DNA of 64,000 nt, taken from Macrostomum lignano (taxonomy: Eukaryota). Positions 45,909-58,300 of the stretch are shown here, in pieces. The notes below the pieces were generated by a model. It was not told the DNA's origin. It was given only the letters and a program-made list of their open reading frames with translations, and ran no database searches. Location: NCBI GenBank assembly GCA_002269645.1, contig NIVC01000173.1, positions 124,001-188,000 of the forward strand. The letters are read 5' to 3'. Made by a program: the position numbers and the translations under genes. The first letter of the stretch is position 1, and every line of letters begins with the position of its first letter.

Positions 45909-47656
45909 TTTTAGCAATTCGTTGGGAGATTGGAGTAAGCTCAAGTTCTGATGATATCACACTGTTGCTAGCAAATTTTGGTAGATTGAGGAGATATTTG
46001 TAGAATTTCAGCTGAATGTTATCAATAGCTTTTGTTTCAGAAATGGTAGCCAGAGGGCCCCAGAGCTCACAGCCGTACGTGATAACGGGGGTGACAAGCG
46101 CGTCGAATAGTCTGCGAATGAGTGTGATGTCCAGGGACGTATTTTTTACCTTGTGGAGTAGGGAAAACATAGCTGAATAACCCTGCTTAGTTTGATGTTC
46201 AATACATTTTTTAAAGCTGTTTTTTGGTTCAAAAATAATTCCCAGGTATTTAAATTCATTTACTTCCTCTATTTCTTGGTTGTCGTAGATTATTTTTGTA
46301 GCAAAACTTTCTGTGTCATTTTTTTGTCTGGTACTGCCCTGCATAAACTTTGTTTTGCTTGCATTAACTTTCAAGTAGTTTTGCTTGCAGTAATTTTCCA
46401 TAGTTGTAAATGTGTCTTGAAGTTCATCTTTGTTTTTAGCTAGAATGGCTTGATCGTCCGCAAAGAGCAGGATGAGTGGGAAAGCAGATCTCGTAAGAGA
46501 GCGCCTAGCGCTAGAGAGTTCAAGATATTCAACAATGTCGTCAATATATAGTTCAAAAAGGATGGTAGAGAGAGGGTTACCTTGAAGAACACCTTTAGAT
46601 ATTGGGATTGGCTGGGTTTCATCATCATCATCATCTTTCTTTAGAATGAAACAGGCATTTTTATGCATGTTCTTGATAAGTTCTGTCATTTGACCTTTAA
46701 TACCTTGGTTATCCGTTTTGTGCCAAAGGGTCGGTTGATTTAAGCTATCGAAGGCTTTTTCATAGTCAACAAAACCGATAAAGAGTTCATTTTTGTTGTA
46801 GATGGACTGGTTTATAATGTTGTAAAGATTAAAACATTGGTCGATTGTGCTGTGATTGGGCTTGAAACCGTATTGGTATTTTGATATAAGATTGTTAGCG
46901 TATGCTAGGTTTTCAAGTCTGGATTTAATAATTTGGCAAAAGAGCTTGCCAAAAATTGGTTGAATGCAGATTCCTCTGTAATTGTTGGGGTCGGCACTGC
47001 TGCCTTTGTTTTTATAAATCGGATGAAGAGTATTTGTAATCCAACTAGTTGGAAAGGTTCCTTGTTTGAGTGCTTCGTTGAAAAGTGAGCATAGGAGGTC
47101 AGTAAGTTCGTTTTCAAGGTATTTGAGTGTTTCTACATATACTTTATCATGCCCAGGTGCTTTGTCGGTTTTGAGCTTTTTAATATGTTTTATAACTTCT
47201 TCTTTGGTGAATGGGGCATTGAAATCCTCTAAATTAGTCAGAATAGGGTTGTCAAGGTGAAGATTGTATGCTAGTCTAATGCTGCTGTCTTGTTCAGTTA
47301 CAAGATTTTGAAAGTGTATGACAAATTTTTCGTCAATTGCTGCATTGTTATTGGGGCGGTTATGTGGTTTCAGTAATTGCCAAAGCTGTCTTGTATCATT
47401 TTGAATATAAGCCTGGTTGATCATGTTTTCTGCACACAGTATTGATTCATGTTTCCAAGAAATCAAGCTTTTTTCATATGTTTTTTTAAGCTGTATTTTG
47501 GATGCGAGGTTGCTACTTGTGGGGAACATCTTATATCTTCTGCTGGCATGCCTGGTGGCATTTCTCAGGTCTTTAAGAAATTGTGGCAATGCTGAACAGA
47601 GTACAACTGGTGGCATTTCTCAGGTCTTTAAGAAATTGTGGCAATGCTGAACAGAG
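45909..47656 (-). mobile_element. Non-LTR retrotransposon (LINE) reverse transcriptase region, 5'-truncated
   Basis: 571-aa stop-free frame with KAPGHD, NYRGI, QYGF, FVDYEKAFD, GVLQGNPLS, LLFADD and FKYLG. No endonuclease domain. A ~50-bp direct duplication lies at the 5' junction. Confidence 0.92.
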
Positions 47657-47890
47657 AAAAATTATAGTTATTTTTTGTACTTAAATACAAGAAACTACGC
47701 CAAAAATGTTAATAGTTAATACTGTAAAAAATAGAAAAATATTAACAATTAAATAATTACTAATCATATCAATTTGGAATAAAAGTTAAAATATAACTTA
47801 AAAGTATTAAGCAGTAAATATTGTTTTAATCAGGCATACTTTTTACGATGATGTAGTACTTGTGATAGTTGTAGAGTAAATAAGTAACGT

Positions 47891-47941
47891 CAAGGACTTC
47901 TAGACTAGTCTAGACTAGTCTAGTTAGTCTAGAAGTCCTTG
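47891..47941. mobile_element. 51-bp palindromic micro-MITE with 8-bp TSD
   Basis: 17-bp perfect TIR caaggacttctagacta / tagtctagaagtccttg. TSD agtaacgt at 47883-47890 and 47942-47949. Confidence 0.8.
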
Positions 47942-49391
47942 AGTAACGTACACGATTTTTTAAATAAGAGGAATAACTCCGGTTGCTTGTTAAGTGCTAG
48001 GATTGTCAAAAATGCAAAAAACTTCGAATGCTTCTTACACGTAATTTACTTTAACCAAACCCTTTTCATGGGAGCAATGGAGACCCCAGACTACGGAACA
48101 TATAGACGCTTCTATTTTTGAACGTACATGCTTTTGCATTTACATGAAATTTTCAGCGTTGCATGGGCCCTTTCTGCGTACGTGTGAATATTTTTTCACT
48201 AGAACTTACCGTTGTATTAGGACGCAATTCACTCGCAAATATCATAGAGCTTCCGAGGCTCAAAGAAAAGTGCAGGTTTCTTTAAAACAGTAGAGTATGG
48301 TGCTTTTTTGAAGATAAACATCGCTAAATACATGTAAACAAGCGGACCTTCAAAATATCTACGAGTGTTACGTTCTGATACAACGCGGTAACTACGCTCG
48401 TACTAGTGGCCCTTATGGTAATTATATTAAAAGACAAACGCTAAACAAAAAGCACCATGGCTAGGTGAATCATTTGTGATAGCTTATTTTTGAACAACAT
48501 AAATCATACCCTAAAAACCTTAATAACTAAGTTTTTATTTTATTCTTATAAAATAATTACTTCTGAATGCTAGCGAGTGCAAGTAGTGAAGTACGAATAG
48601 AATATTATTTTATCAGTGGTAAGGAATAATAATAACTCGATCCTCTGAGAAGCTAAAAATTAGACGAGCGATAATAAGTTTGTTAGACAACACGACTGTA
48701 CAGGCTGCACTTAACAGCATATCTATATTGCAATACACAAAGCAGCCACAAATGGCATTAAACATGAAACACATTTCTTGAATCGAATCTAATAATCACA
48801 GTAAATTGTGGTGTCCTAAATTTAATACACACATAATGAGCGCATTATGCTACTACGAGTAACTGCATAAGTAAAGCTAATAAATAATATTATGCTTTAT
48901 TTTAAGAAATCGGAAAGTACTTATAGCATAAATGAATGATCTAATTACTAGTAAAGAAAGCAATAGAAAATTTAATTGATGACGTAATCCTTCAGTGTAC
49001 AATACTTAGACACCTAGACACCTCTGTGACTGGAATGGGATTGCGAGCAATAATTGCTAAGCACATAAAATTTCTACGAATCAATGCTTAGGTGATAAAA
49101 CGAAAAAATCAACTCATCAATAGGTTAAAAAATCGCTATATAGGGTCTCACTCTAAAATAAATAATCATATTTCTTGGGGCAAAAAACTATAATTTAACA
49201 ATAAAACGCTTAACATACGCTAGCATAAGTAGTTTAAAAACTTCACTATAGTTGTACTGCTACCAAATTGATCCAAACAGAGAAATGAGATTGCAAAAAA
49301 TTTGATTAATTAATTAATTAATTAAAAAAGATAACCATATAAACATTGTCAGTAGTATATACGAGCTATATAAAATAGTTTTAAAAACAGG

Positions 49392-52300
49392 TCACGGCTG
49401 AAACGTGGCATGAATGCCGCTAGGCGTCAGGACGGCTACAGTTTTCGGATCGATCCAATTCAGCCGGCAGCTGCGACCCTGCAGAGACGGACTGATATTG
49501 AACTGTTTGCCAGTTTTGATGTGACTGCTGCCCATGTTGAACAGGGTTGGCGCGCTTAATTGAAAAAATCTGACGTTGTTATCCGTTGCGCTTAGCGAAG
49601 CCACGTGACGACCGTCCGGTGAAAAGGCGCACGCGCTGCAGCTGGCTCCGTGCCGGTGGGCCTGACCAATTAGGCGCGTACAATAATATTTACTTGACAT
49701 TGTGCTACTTAAAGTAGGCGGATTTGAAAAGCGATTCTCTAAATCAAAGGAGCTATTCTAAGAAAATTAAAAAAAGGCGATTCTAAGAAAATTTAAAAAA
49801 AGGCGATTCTAAGAAATACTTGTAGTTGAAAGTGCTTTTCTAGGAAATGTTGCAAAAAGGGTGATTCTAGGAAATGTTGTAAGGGAGCGATTCTAGATAA
49901 TTGATTACACCTGCCCCAACTGGGCCAGATGTGCAACCAACAGCTCAGCCGCAGCTATTGCGCGGCGCATCTGAAGGCTGCGTACGGCTGTTCAGTCCAA
50001 GGACTGGGGAGGTGGTCGCCACACAGCCTCAATTACCCCAGCTAATGCTGGCACCCATTTTACAGCTGGGTGAGCTGAAGCAAAGCAGAGTTAGGTGCCT
50101 TGCTCAAGGACACAAATTGTTCCGAGAGGGTCGGGAATCGAACCCCCGACCTTCAAGTCGTGAGTCAGACGCTCTTACCCTTAGGCTACAACCTCTGCTA
50201 GAAAAAGCGACTAAGATGGCGATTTTTGGAAAAGCTACAAAAAGGGGGTTTCTACGAAATTATGCAAAGGGATAATTCTAGGAAAAGCTACAAGGGAAGC
50301 CGATTCTAGTAAAAAAGAATAATTCAATACAACAATGAAGCATAGAAAAAGTAAAACAATACGAGTTGGCGCACCTGTGTAGTATGCAATTTGCCCGCCC
50401 GAATATCAAAGAACGCCAATTGGCCAATTTTATTGCCAGCAACAATTTTGCCAGACTTCAAATGACAGGACACGGTGCAGAACCGGCTGATAGGCGGGAA
50501 CAGCTCGGCCAGGCCGCGGTCTCTGGTCAGCTGACCTTCCAAGCAGAACAGCAGCAGTTCGATGGTGTCAAACATCAGGTCGTGCACGTCAGCTGCTGCA
50601 CGTTCGCACACTGGGGTTATAAATAATAATTGTTTCTGTTACAAATGCTCGAGGAATAAGTAAACTAAAATTATGATGATTTTGTTAGTTGTATAAATTT
50701 AGGATATTTCAGGTGTCTAAATTTAGGATAATTTGGGTGTCTTGGTGTCTAAATTTAGGATAATTCAGATGTCTTAGGTGTCTAAATTTAGGATAATTTA
50801 TTAGGTGTCTAATTTTGGGATGCTTTAGTAGGTGTCTAAATTTACGATAATATAATTTAGAATAATTTAGGTGTCTAAATTTAGGACAGAAGTGCAACTC
50901 ACCCAACTCCAAGAGTTTCAGTATGGTGCTCCGACCTTTGTACACAGGTGCCTGTTCGGGTGCCTTCGCCCCGGCCAAGTGGGCATTAGTTGCCAGGGTA
51001 TTGTAGCGGAGCAGCTCCCGTCTCATTGTAATGAGAAACAGCTGAGGCCGGGAGGTGGCAATCTGGGTCAGGGCCAGACGGGCCTGCAGGGCCAGGTCAG
51101 TCTCCGAGCTCAGCACACGCCAGCTCAGAGCCACAGTGGCCGAGGCGGCGCTGTCCGTGCTGGCTGTGAGACTGTCTGAGCTGTTCGGCATCAGGCGGTC
51201 CAGCTCGGCCGCCATGTCCAGCAGGAAGCGGAGCACCTTTTAGTGGGGTTTATTAGGGTTGATTGAGGTTGATTGGGTTGAATTAGGTTTTATTGGGGAT
51301 TTATAAGGGTTCACTGGGTTTAATAGTGTTCACTGGGTTCAATAGTGTTCATTGGGGGGTCAATAGGGTTCACTGGGGTTTAATAGGGTTCATTGAGGGG
51401 TCAATAGGGTTCATTGGGGGGTCAATAGGGTTCATTGAGGGGTCAATAAGGTTCACTGGGGTTCAATATGGTTCATTGGGGTTCAATAGGATTCATTGGG
51501 GTTCAATAAGGTTCATTGGAGTTCAATAGGGTTTATTGGGGTTTATTGGGGTTGAATAGGGTTCATTGGGGTTCAATAGGGTTCATTGGGGTTCAATAAG
51601 GTTCATTGGGGTTCAATAGAGTTTATTGGGGTTCAATCATTGGGGTCAATAGGGTTCATTGGGGTTCTATAGGGTTTATTGGGGTTCAATAGGGTTCATT
51701 GGGGTTCAATAGGGTTCAATAGGGTTCAATAGGGTTCTTTGAGGTTCAATAGGGTTCAATAGGGTTCAATAGGGTTCATTGAGGGGTCAATAGGGTTCAT
51801 TGGGAGGTCAATAGGGTTCATTGAGGGGTCAATAAGGTTCACTGGGGTTCAATAGTGTTTTTTGGGGTTCATTGGGGTTCAATAGGGTTCATTGGGGTTC
51901 AATAAGATTCATTGGGGTTTAATAAGGTTCATTGGGGTCAATAGGGTTCATTGGGGTTTAATAGGGTTCATTGGGGTTCAATAGTGTTTTTTGGGGTTCA
52001 TTGGGGTTCAATAGGGTTCATTGGGGTTCAATAAGATTCATTGGGGTTTAATAAGGTTCATTGGGGTCAATAGGGTTCATTGGGGTTTAATAGGGTTCAT
52101 TGGGGTTCAATAGGGTTCATTGGGGTTTAATAGGGTTCATTGAGGGGTCAATAGGGTTCATTGGGGGGTCAATAGGGTTCACTGGGGTTTAATAGGGTTC
52201 ATTGAGGGGTCAATAGGGTTCATTGAGGGGTCAATAAGGTTCACTGGGGTTCAATAGTGTTTTTTGGGGTTCATTGGGGTTCATTGGGGTTCAATAGGGT

Positions 52301-55300
52301 ATATTGGGGTTCAATAAGATTCATTGGGGTTCAATAAGGTTCATTGGGGTTGAATAGGGTTTATTGGGGTTCAATCATTGGGGTCAATAGGGTTCACTGG
52401 GGTTTAATAGGGTTCACTGGGGTTTAATAGGGTTCATTGAGGGGTCAATAGGGTTCATTGAGGGGTCAATAAGGTTCACTGGGATTCAATAGTGTTTTTT
52501 GGGGTTCATTGGGGTTCAATAGGGTTTATTGGGGTTCAATAGGGTTTATTGGGGTTCAATAGGGTACATTGGGGTTCAATAGGGTTCATTGGGGTTCAAT
52601 AGGGTTTATTGGGGTTCAATAGGGTTCAATAGGGTTCAATAGGGTTCTTTGAGGTTCAATAGGGTTCAATAGGGTTCAATAGGGTTCATTGAGGGGTCAA
52701 TAGGGTTCATTGTGGGGTCAATAGGGTTCATTGAGGGGTCAATAAGGTTCACTGGGATTCAATAGTGTTTTTTGGGGTTCATTGGGGTTCAATAGGGTAT
52801 ATTGGGGTTCAATAGGGTATATTGGGGTTCAATAGGGTTTATTGGGGTTCAATAAGGTTCATTGGGGTTCAATAAGGTTCATTGGGGTTCAATAGGGTTT
52901 ATTGGGGTTTAATCATTGGGGTCAATAGGGTTCATTGGGGTTCAATAGGGTTCATAGGGGTTCAATAGGGTTCATTGGGGTTCAATAGGGTTCATTGAGG
53001 GGTCAATAGGGTTCATTGGGGGGTCAATAGGGTTCATTGAGGGGTCAATAAGGTTCACTGGGGTTCAATATGGTTCATTGGGGTTCAATATGGTTCATTG
53101 GGGTTCAATAGGGTTCATTGGAGGGTCAATAGGGTTCACTGGGGTTTAATAGGGTTCATTGAGGGGTCAATAGGGTTCATTGGGGGGTCAATAGGGTTCA
53201 TTGAGGGGTCAAAAAGGGTTACTGGCGTTTAATAGTGTTTATTGGGGTTCATTGGGGTTCAATAGGGTTTATTGGGGTTCAATAGGGTTCATTGGGTTTT
53301 AAGAGGTTAACATTGGGGTTCAATAGGGTTCATTGGGGTTCAATAGGGTACATTGGGGTTCAATAGGGTTTATTGGGGTTCAATAGGGTTTATTGGGGTT
53401 CAATAGGGTTCATTGGGGTTCAATAGGGTTCTTTGAGGTTCAATAGGGTTTAATAGGGTTCAATAGGGTTCAAAAGGGTTCATTAGGGTTCAAAAGGGTT
53501 CATTAGGGTTCAATAGGGTTCAAAAGGGTTCAAAAGGGTTCAAAAGGGTTCATTAGGGTTCAATAGGGTTCAAAAGGGTTCATTAGGGTTCAATAGGGTT
53601 CAAAAGGGTTCATTAGGGTTCAATAGGGTTCAATAGGGTTCATTGGGCTTCAATAGGGTTCATTAGGGTTCAATAGGGTTCATTGGGTTCAATAGCAAAC
53701 GCGTCTCACCTGAGTGACATCAACATGCGCCTCCCAGGTGCGAAAGCCCCTGCCAAGCAGGTCAACAGCAGTCCTAGATTCGGGCGCCAGCAGCCGTTTC
53801 GAACCGCAGGGCGCCATCTCGCCGCCAGCCTGCCCCGGCTCCTGCAGCAGTCGAATCAGAGCGCCAGCAGCGGCCCTAGTCAGGTTCAAATCCGACTGGC
53901 CAGCCGGGAACTCGCAGCAGATTAAGCAGACAAGCACCAGCGAGGCTAGAGAAGTTTTCAAGCTTAAATCGTGCTGGCCGAGTAGTTCCTGCCGGCCGGC
54001 CGGGCCTAGGCGACGCAGCTCGGCCATGAGAAGCTGTTGAGCAGCCTGGCGCAGATGCGGACTGGCAGTGTGATACAGGCCGGCTAGGGACAGCAGGCAT
54101 GGCTGCTGGTACAGGCTGGGGTCAAGCAGGTCGGCTAGCAGTACCGTGTGATGCGTCAGCGTCAGACCCCACGCCTGACGCTGTTCAGCGGTTGGCGGAG
54201 GCAGCGACGCGGAATTCGATGCTGCCGTTGGATCGTTGTCGGCTGTTGGATCTTCGACAGCGGCGGCCAGAGACGCGCGATGAGGCTGATCAAGCGGCCA
54301 GGCTTTGAAGCTGGATGCGGTCCTGGCTGTGGCCAAAGCGCCGGCCAGAGCTGTGGTGGCTAGCAGGTGCAAAGTGGTCAGCTGACGGTTGGTCTCCCAG
54401 TGCGGCGGCGGGTTGGGGCACATCAGGCAGGCGGCGCGGGAGCGGACCAGACCGAAACAGGGGGCGATACGGGGCGGCCAGAGGCCCAGAGTTTCACCTA
54501 CGGTTCGATCAAGGCCAGTGTCCAGGCCCCAGGAGTGAATCAGCGATAGGAGCAGTTGGGCAACTTGAAGTGTTAGAGCTTGCTCGTCTGCGCCAGTTGT
54601 GGCGTTGGCTGCGGCGGCGGCGGCGGCGTCGACAGACGACACGGCAGCTCTGGACGATGAAGCATCGGAAAGTCGGGCAGCTGAGAGGCCGCTGCGACCT
54701 CCGAGATATGCTGATAGAAGTAGGGGTGCATTAGGATAGTGAAACACTGATTTGGAGCCTAGCACCCACCTCACTCTACCTAGCACCCACCTCACTCCGC
54801 CTGGCACTCAACCTCACTCCGCCTAGCACCCACCTCACTCCGCCTAGCACCCACTTCACTCCGAATAGCACCCACCTCACTCTACCTAGCACCCACCTCA
54901 CTCCGCCTGGCACTCAACCTCACTCCGCCTAGCACCCACCTCACTCCGCCTAGCACCCACCTCACTCCGCCTAGCACCCACTTCACTCCGAATAGCACCC
55001 ACCTCACTCTACCTAGCACCCACCTCACTCCGCCTAGCACCCACTTCACTCCGAATAGCACCCACCTCACTCTACCTAGCACCCACCTCACTCCGCCTGG
55101 CACTCAACCTCACTCCGCCTAGCACCCACCTCACTCCGCCTAGCACCCACCTCACTCCACCTAGCACCCACCTCACTCCGACTAGCACCCACCTCACTCC
55201 GACTAGCACAAACCTCACTCTACCTAGCACCCACCTCACTCTACCTAGCACCCACCTCACTCTACCTAGCACCCACCTCACTCTACCTAGCACCCACCTC

Positions 55301-58300
55301 ACTCCGCCCAGCACCCACCTCAGTCCGCCTAGCACCTACCTCACTCCGACTAGCACCCACCTCACTCCGACTACCACAAACCTCACTCTACCTAGCACCC
55401 ACCTAACTCTACCTAGCACCCACCTCACTCAACCTAGCACCCACCTCACTCCGTCCAGCACCCACCTCAGTCCGCCTAGCACCCACCTCACTCCGCCTAG
55501 CATCCACCTCACTCCCAACACTTACGAGACCTAGACGACTCCTGCGTTTCGCTGTCTCTCGATCGACTCCTTAGCCTGGCCAACTGATCGTTGCTCAGAA
55601 TGCGTTCAATGAGGCAGGCCACATTAAAATGTAGCACAATAGGCAGACCCCGACCGCCGCCGGAATCCTCGCCCCGAAGTTTAGTGACGCGCAGAGGCGC
55701 AGCCGATCGGCTAGAATCGCTCAAGGACTCTTCGCTACGCCGGAGCAGCTCTTCCAACGCCGGGCCGCTAACAATGCGATCTAAGGCTGGCACCTCGGTC
55801 TGCCACACGTAAGCGCTATTATCGCTAGTGTGCACAACTAGCAAATCCTCTAGCGGCCGCCAACGAACCGACAGCACCGGGTACAGATGCCGAGAGGCCA
55901 ACAATAATAATCGACGTTCGCGCAGATTCAACAAGCTGACAGAATGATCGGCGGCAACGGATACAACTGACACGGCCAGACGGGAGCCCTGGCAGCCGTT
56001 AGGAGGCAGCTGCAGCGATGCCACCGGGCCGCCGTGGACGCAGAATCGATGTATCAACGAGCCGGATTCGCAGTCCCACAGGGCGACGGAGAAATCTTCG
56101 GCTCCGGACACCAGATGGATGGGATTGTATCGATCTGGAGCCAGGCTGGCCGGGTGCAGCAGGGCAGTCACGGCCCGGGTGTGACCCGACAAGCGGAGAT
56201 GCGTGGGCGGATCGGGTCTGAAATATCGAGTCAAGTATTGTTGCAGCTAAGGGTGGATGTTGGCGATTAGCTTACAGTCATGCTTAATTTGATATACAGC
56301 TGGGGGTCATGAATTTCATACCGCATTCACACCACCTCCACCAACCTCACTCCATCTGGAACCCACCTCACTCTATCTGGCAGCCACCTCACTCCATCCG
56401 GCAGCCACCTCACTCTATCTGGCAGCCACCTCACTCCATCCGGCAGCCACCTCACTCCATCCGGCAGCCACCTCACTCCATTTTGCAGCCACCTCACTCC
56501 AAATGGCAGCCACCTCACTCCATCTGGCAGCCACCTTACTAGATGTGGCACCAACCTCACTTTATCAGGCACGCATTTCACTCCATCTGGCACCCACATC
56601 TATCCATGTTGGCACTAACCCCACTCCGCCTGGCACCACCTCACTCTGTCCGACACCAACCTCACTCCGCCCGGCACCAACCCCACTCCGCCTGGCACCA
56701 AACTCACTCCGCCCGGCACCAACCTCACTCCGCCCGGCACCAACCTCACTCCGCCCGGCACCAACCTCACTCCGCCCGGCACCAACCCCACTCCGCCTGG
56801 CATCAACCCCACTACACCTGGCACCAACCCCACTCCGCCTGGCATCAACCCCACTCCGCCTAGTACCCACCTCCCTAGCACTCAAGCAACAAAAAAGCAG
56901 CCGGACTCACTTAGGCGCCTGGAAGCAAGCTGCGGCAAGCCATTGCACCATAGTTAGCAGCACAATATGGCCAGACTGCAGACCTAACGCTAACCGACCG
57001 CTAGTATAAACCAGCGTAGCCGCCGTAACTTCCCAGTCAGCCAGTGGCCAACGCTCGGCCGGCCAGAGCAGCCGCAGGCTTGTATGCACACTCGGCCGCA
57101 CGCCGGACAAGGCGGCGCCACCGGCGGCAGCCGGCAAAGCGGCGCCAACATTTGGCGCCAGAAACCAGAGAGTCAGGCCGGCTTGGCCGTGTGCGCAGAT
57201 GACTAGCGAGCCGCCAGCGGGCAGTCGGTGATACAGGAACACGGCGCCAGCGGCGGCCGGATTGAAGCCGGGACCGTACGGTTCGGCCGGTTTGTTCCCT
57301 GTTGGACCGCCGCCGGCCAGAAGCAATTTACAGGTAAGTGTTGGCTGCTCGCACCGACGCAGATGCTCTGCACCATCTGTAGCACTGTGGCGTCAGTTTA
57401 GAAATAAAAAGTAATGAGAAATAAAAAACAAACAAAAATAGGAAGTAAATTTTATTGCTAAAGCAGTTTTTAAAAAGTAATAGTAGTTATCTATTGTACC
57501 CTACGCATCTAGTTTATTGTCTGAAGCAGTAGAACACACACCACGCTGCCTAGCACCCACACCACTCCGCATAGCACCCACCCTCAGTCCTCCTAGCACC
57601 CTGTCCGTCCTCGTAGCACCCACCCGTCCTCCTAGCACCCATCCGTCCACCTAGCACCCACCCCCAGTCTTGCTAGCACCCACCCCCAGTCTTGCTAGCA
57701 CCCACCCCCAGTCTTGCTAGCACCCACCCCCAGTCTTGCTAGCACCCACCCCCAGTCTTGCTAGCACCCACCCCCAATCCGACCAGAACCCACCCCAAGT
57801 CTACTTAGCACCCACCCCGTCCTCCTAGCACCCACCCCAATCCGCCCAGCACTCACCCCGCTCCGCCTAGCACTCACCCCACTCCGCTCAGCACTCACCC
57901 CACTCCGCTCAGCACTCACCCCACTCCGCCTAGCACCCACCCCACTGCGCCCAGCACCCACCCCGCTCCGCCTAGCACTCACCCCACTCCGCCTAACACT
58001 CACTCCACTCCGCCCAGCACCCACCCCGCTCCGCCTAGCACGCACTCCACTCCGCCTAACACTCACCCCACTCCGCCTAACACTCACCCCAATCCGCCCA
58101 GCACCCACGCCACTCCGCCCAACACTCACCCCACTTCGCCCAGCACCCACCCCACTCCGCCTAACACTCACCCCAATCCGCCCAGCACCCACCCCACTCC
58201 GCCTAACACTCACCCCACTCCGCCCAGCACCCACCCCACTCCGCCTAACACTCACCCAACTCCGCCTAGCAACACCTTGCAAAGTGTTGAAGACCACAAA

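Noticed and set aside
48360-48410. Imperfect hairpin followed by CTAGT as a Helitron 3' end
   Set aside because: The stem is imperfect and long-looped, and no matching 5' TC end or second copy was seen.
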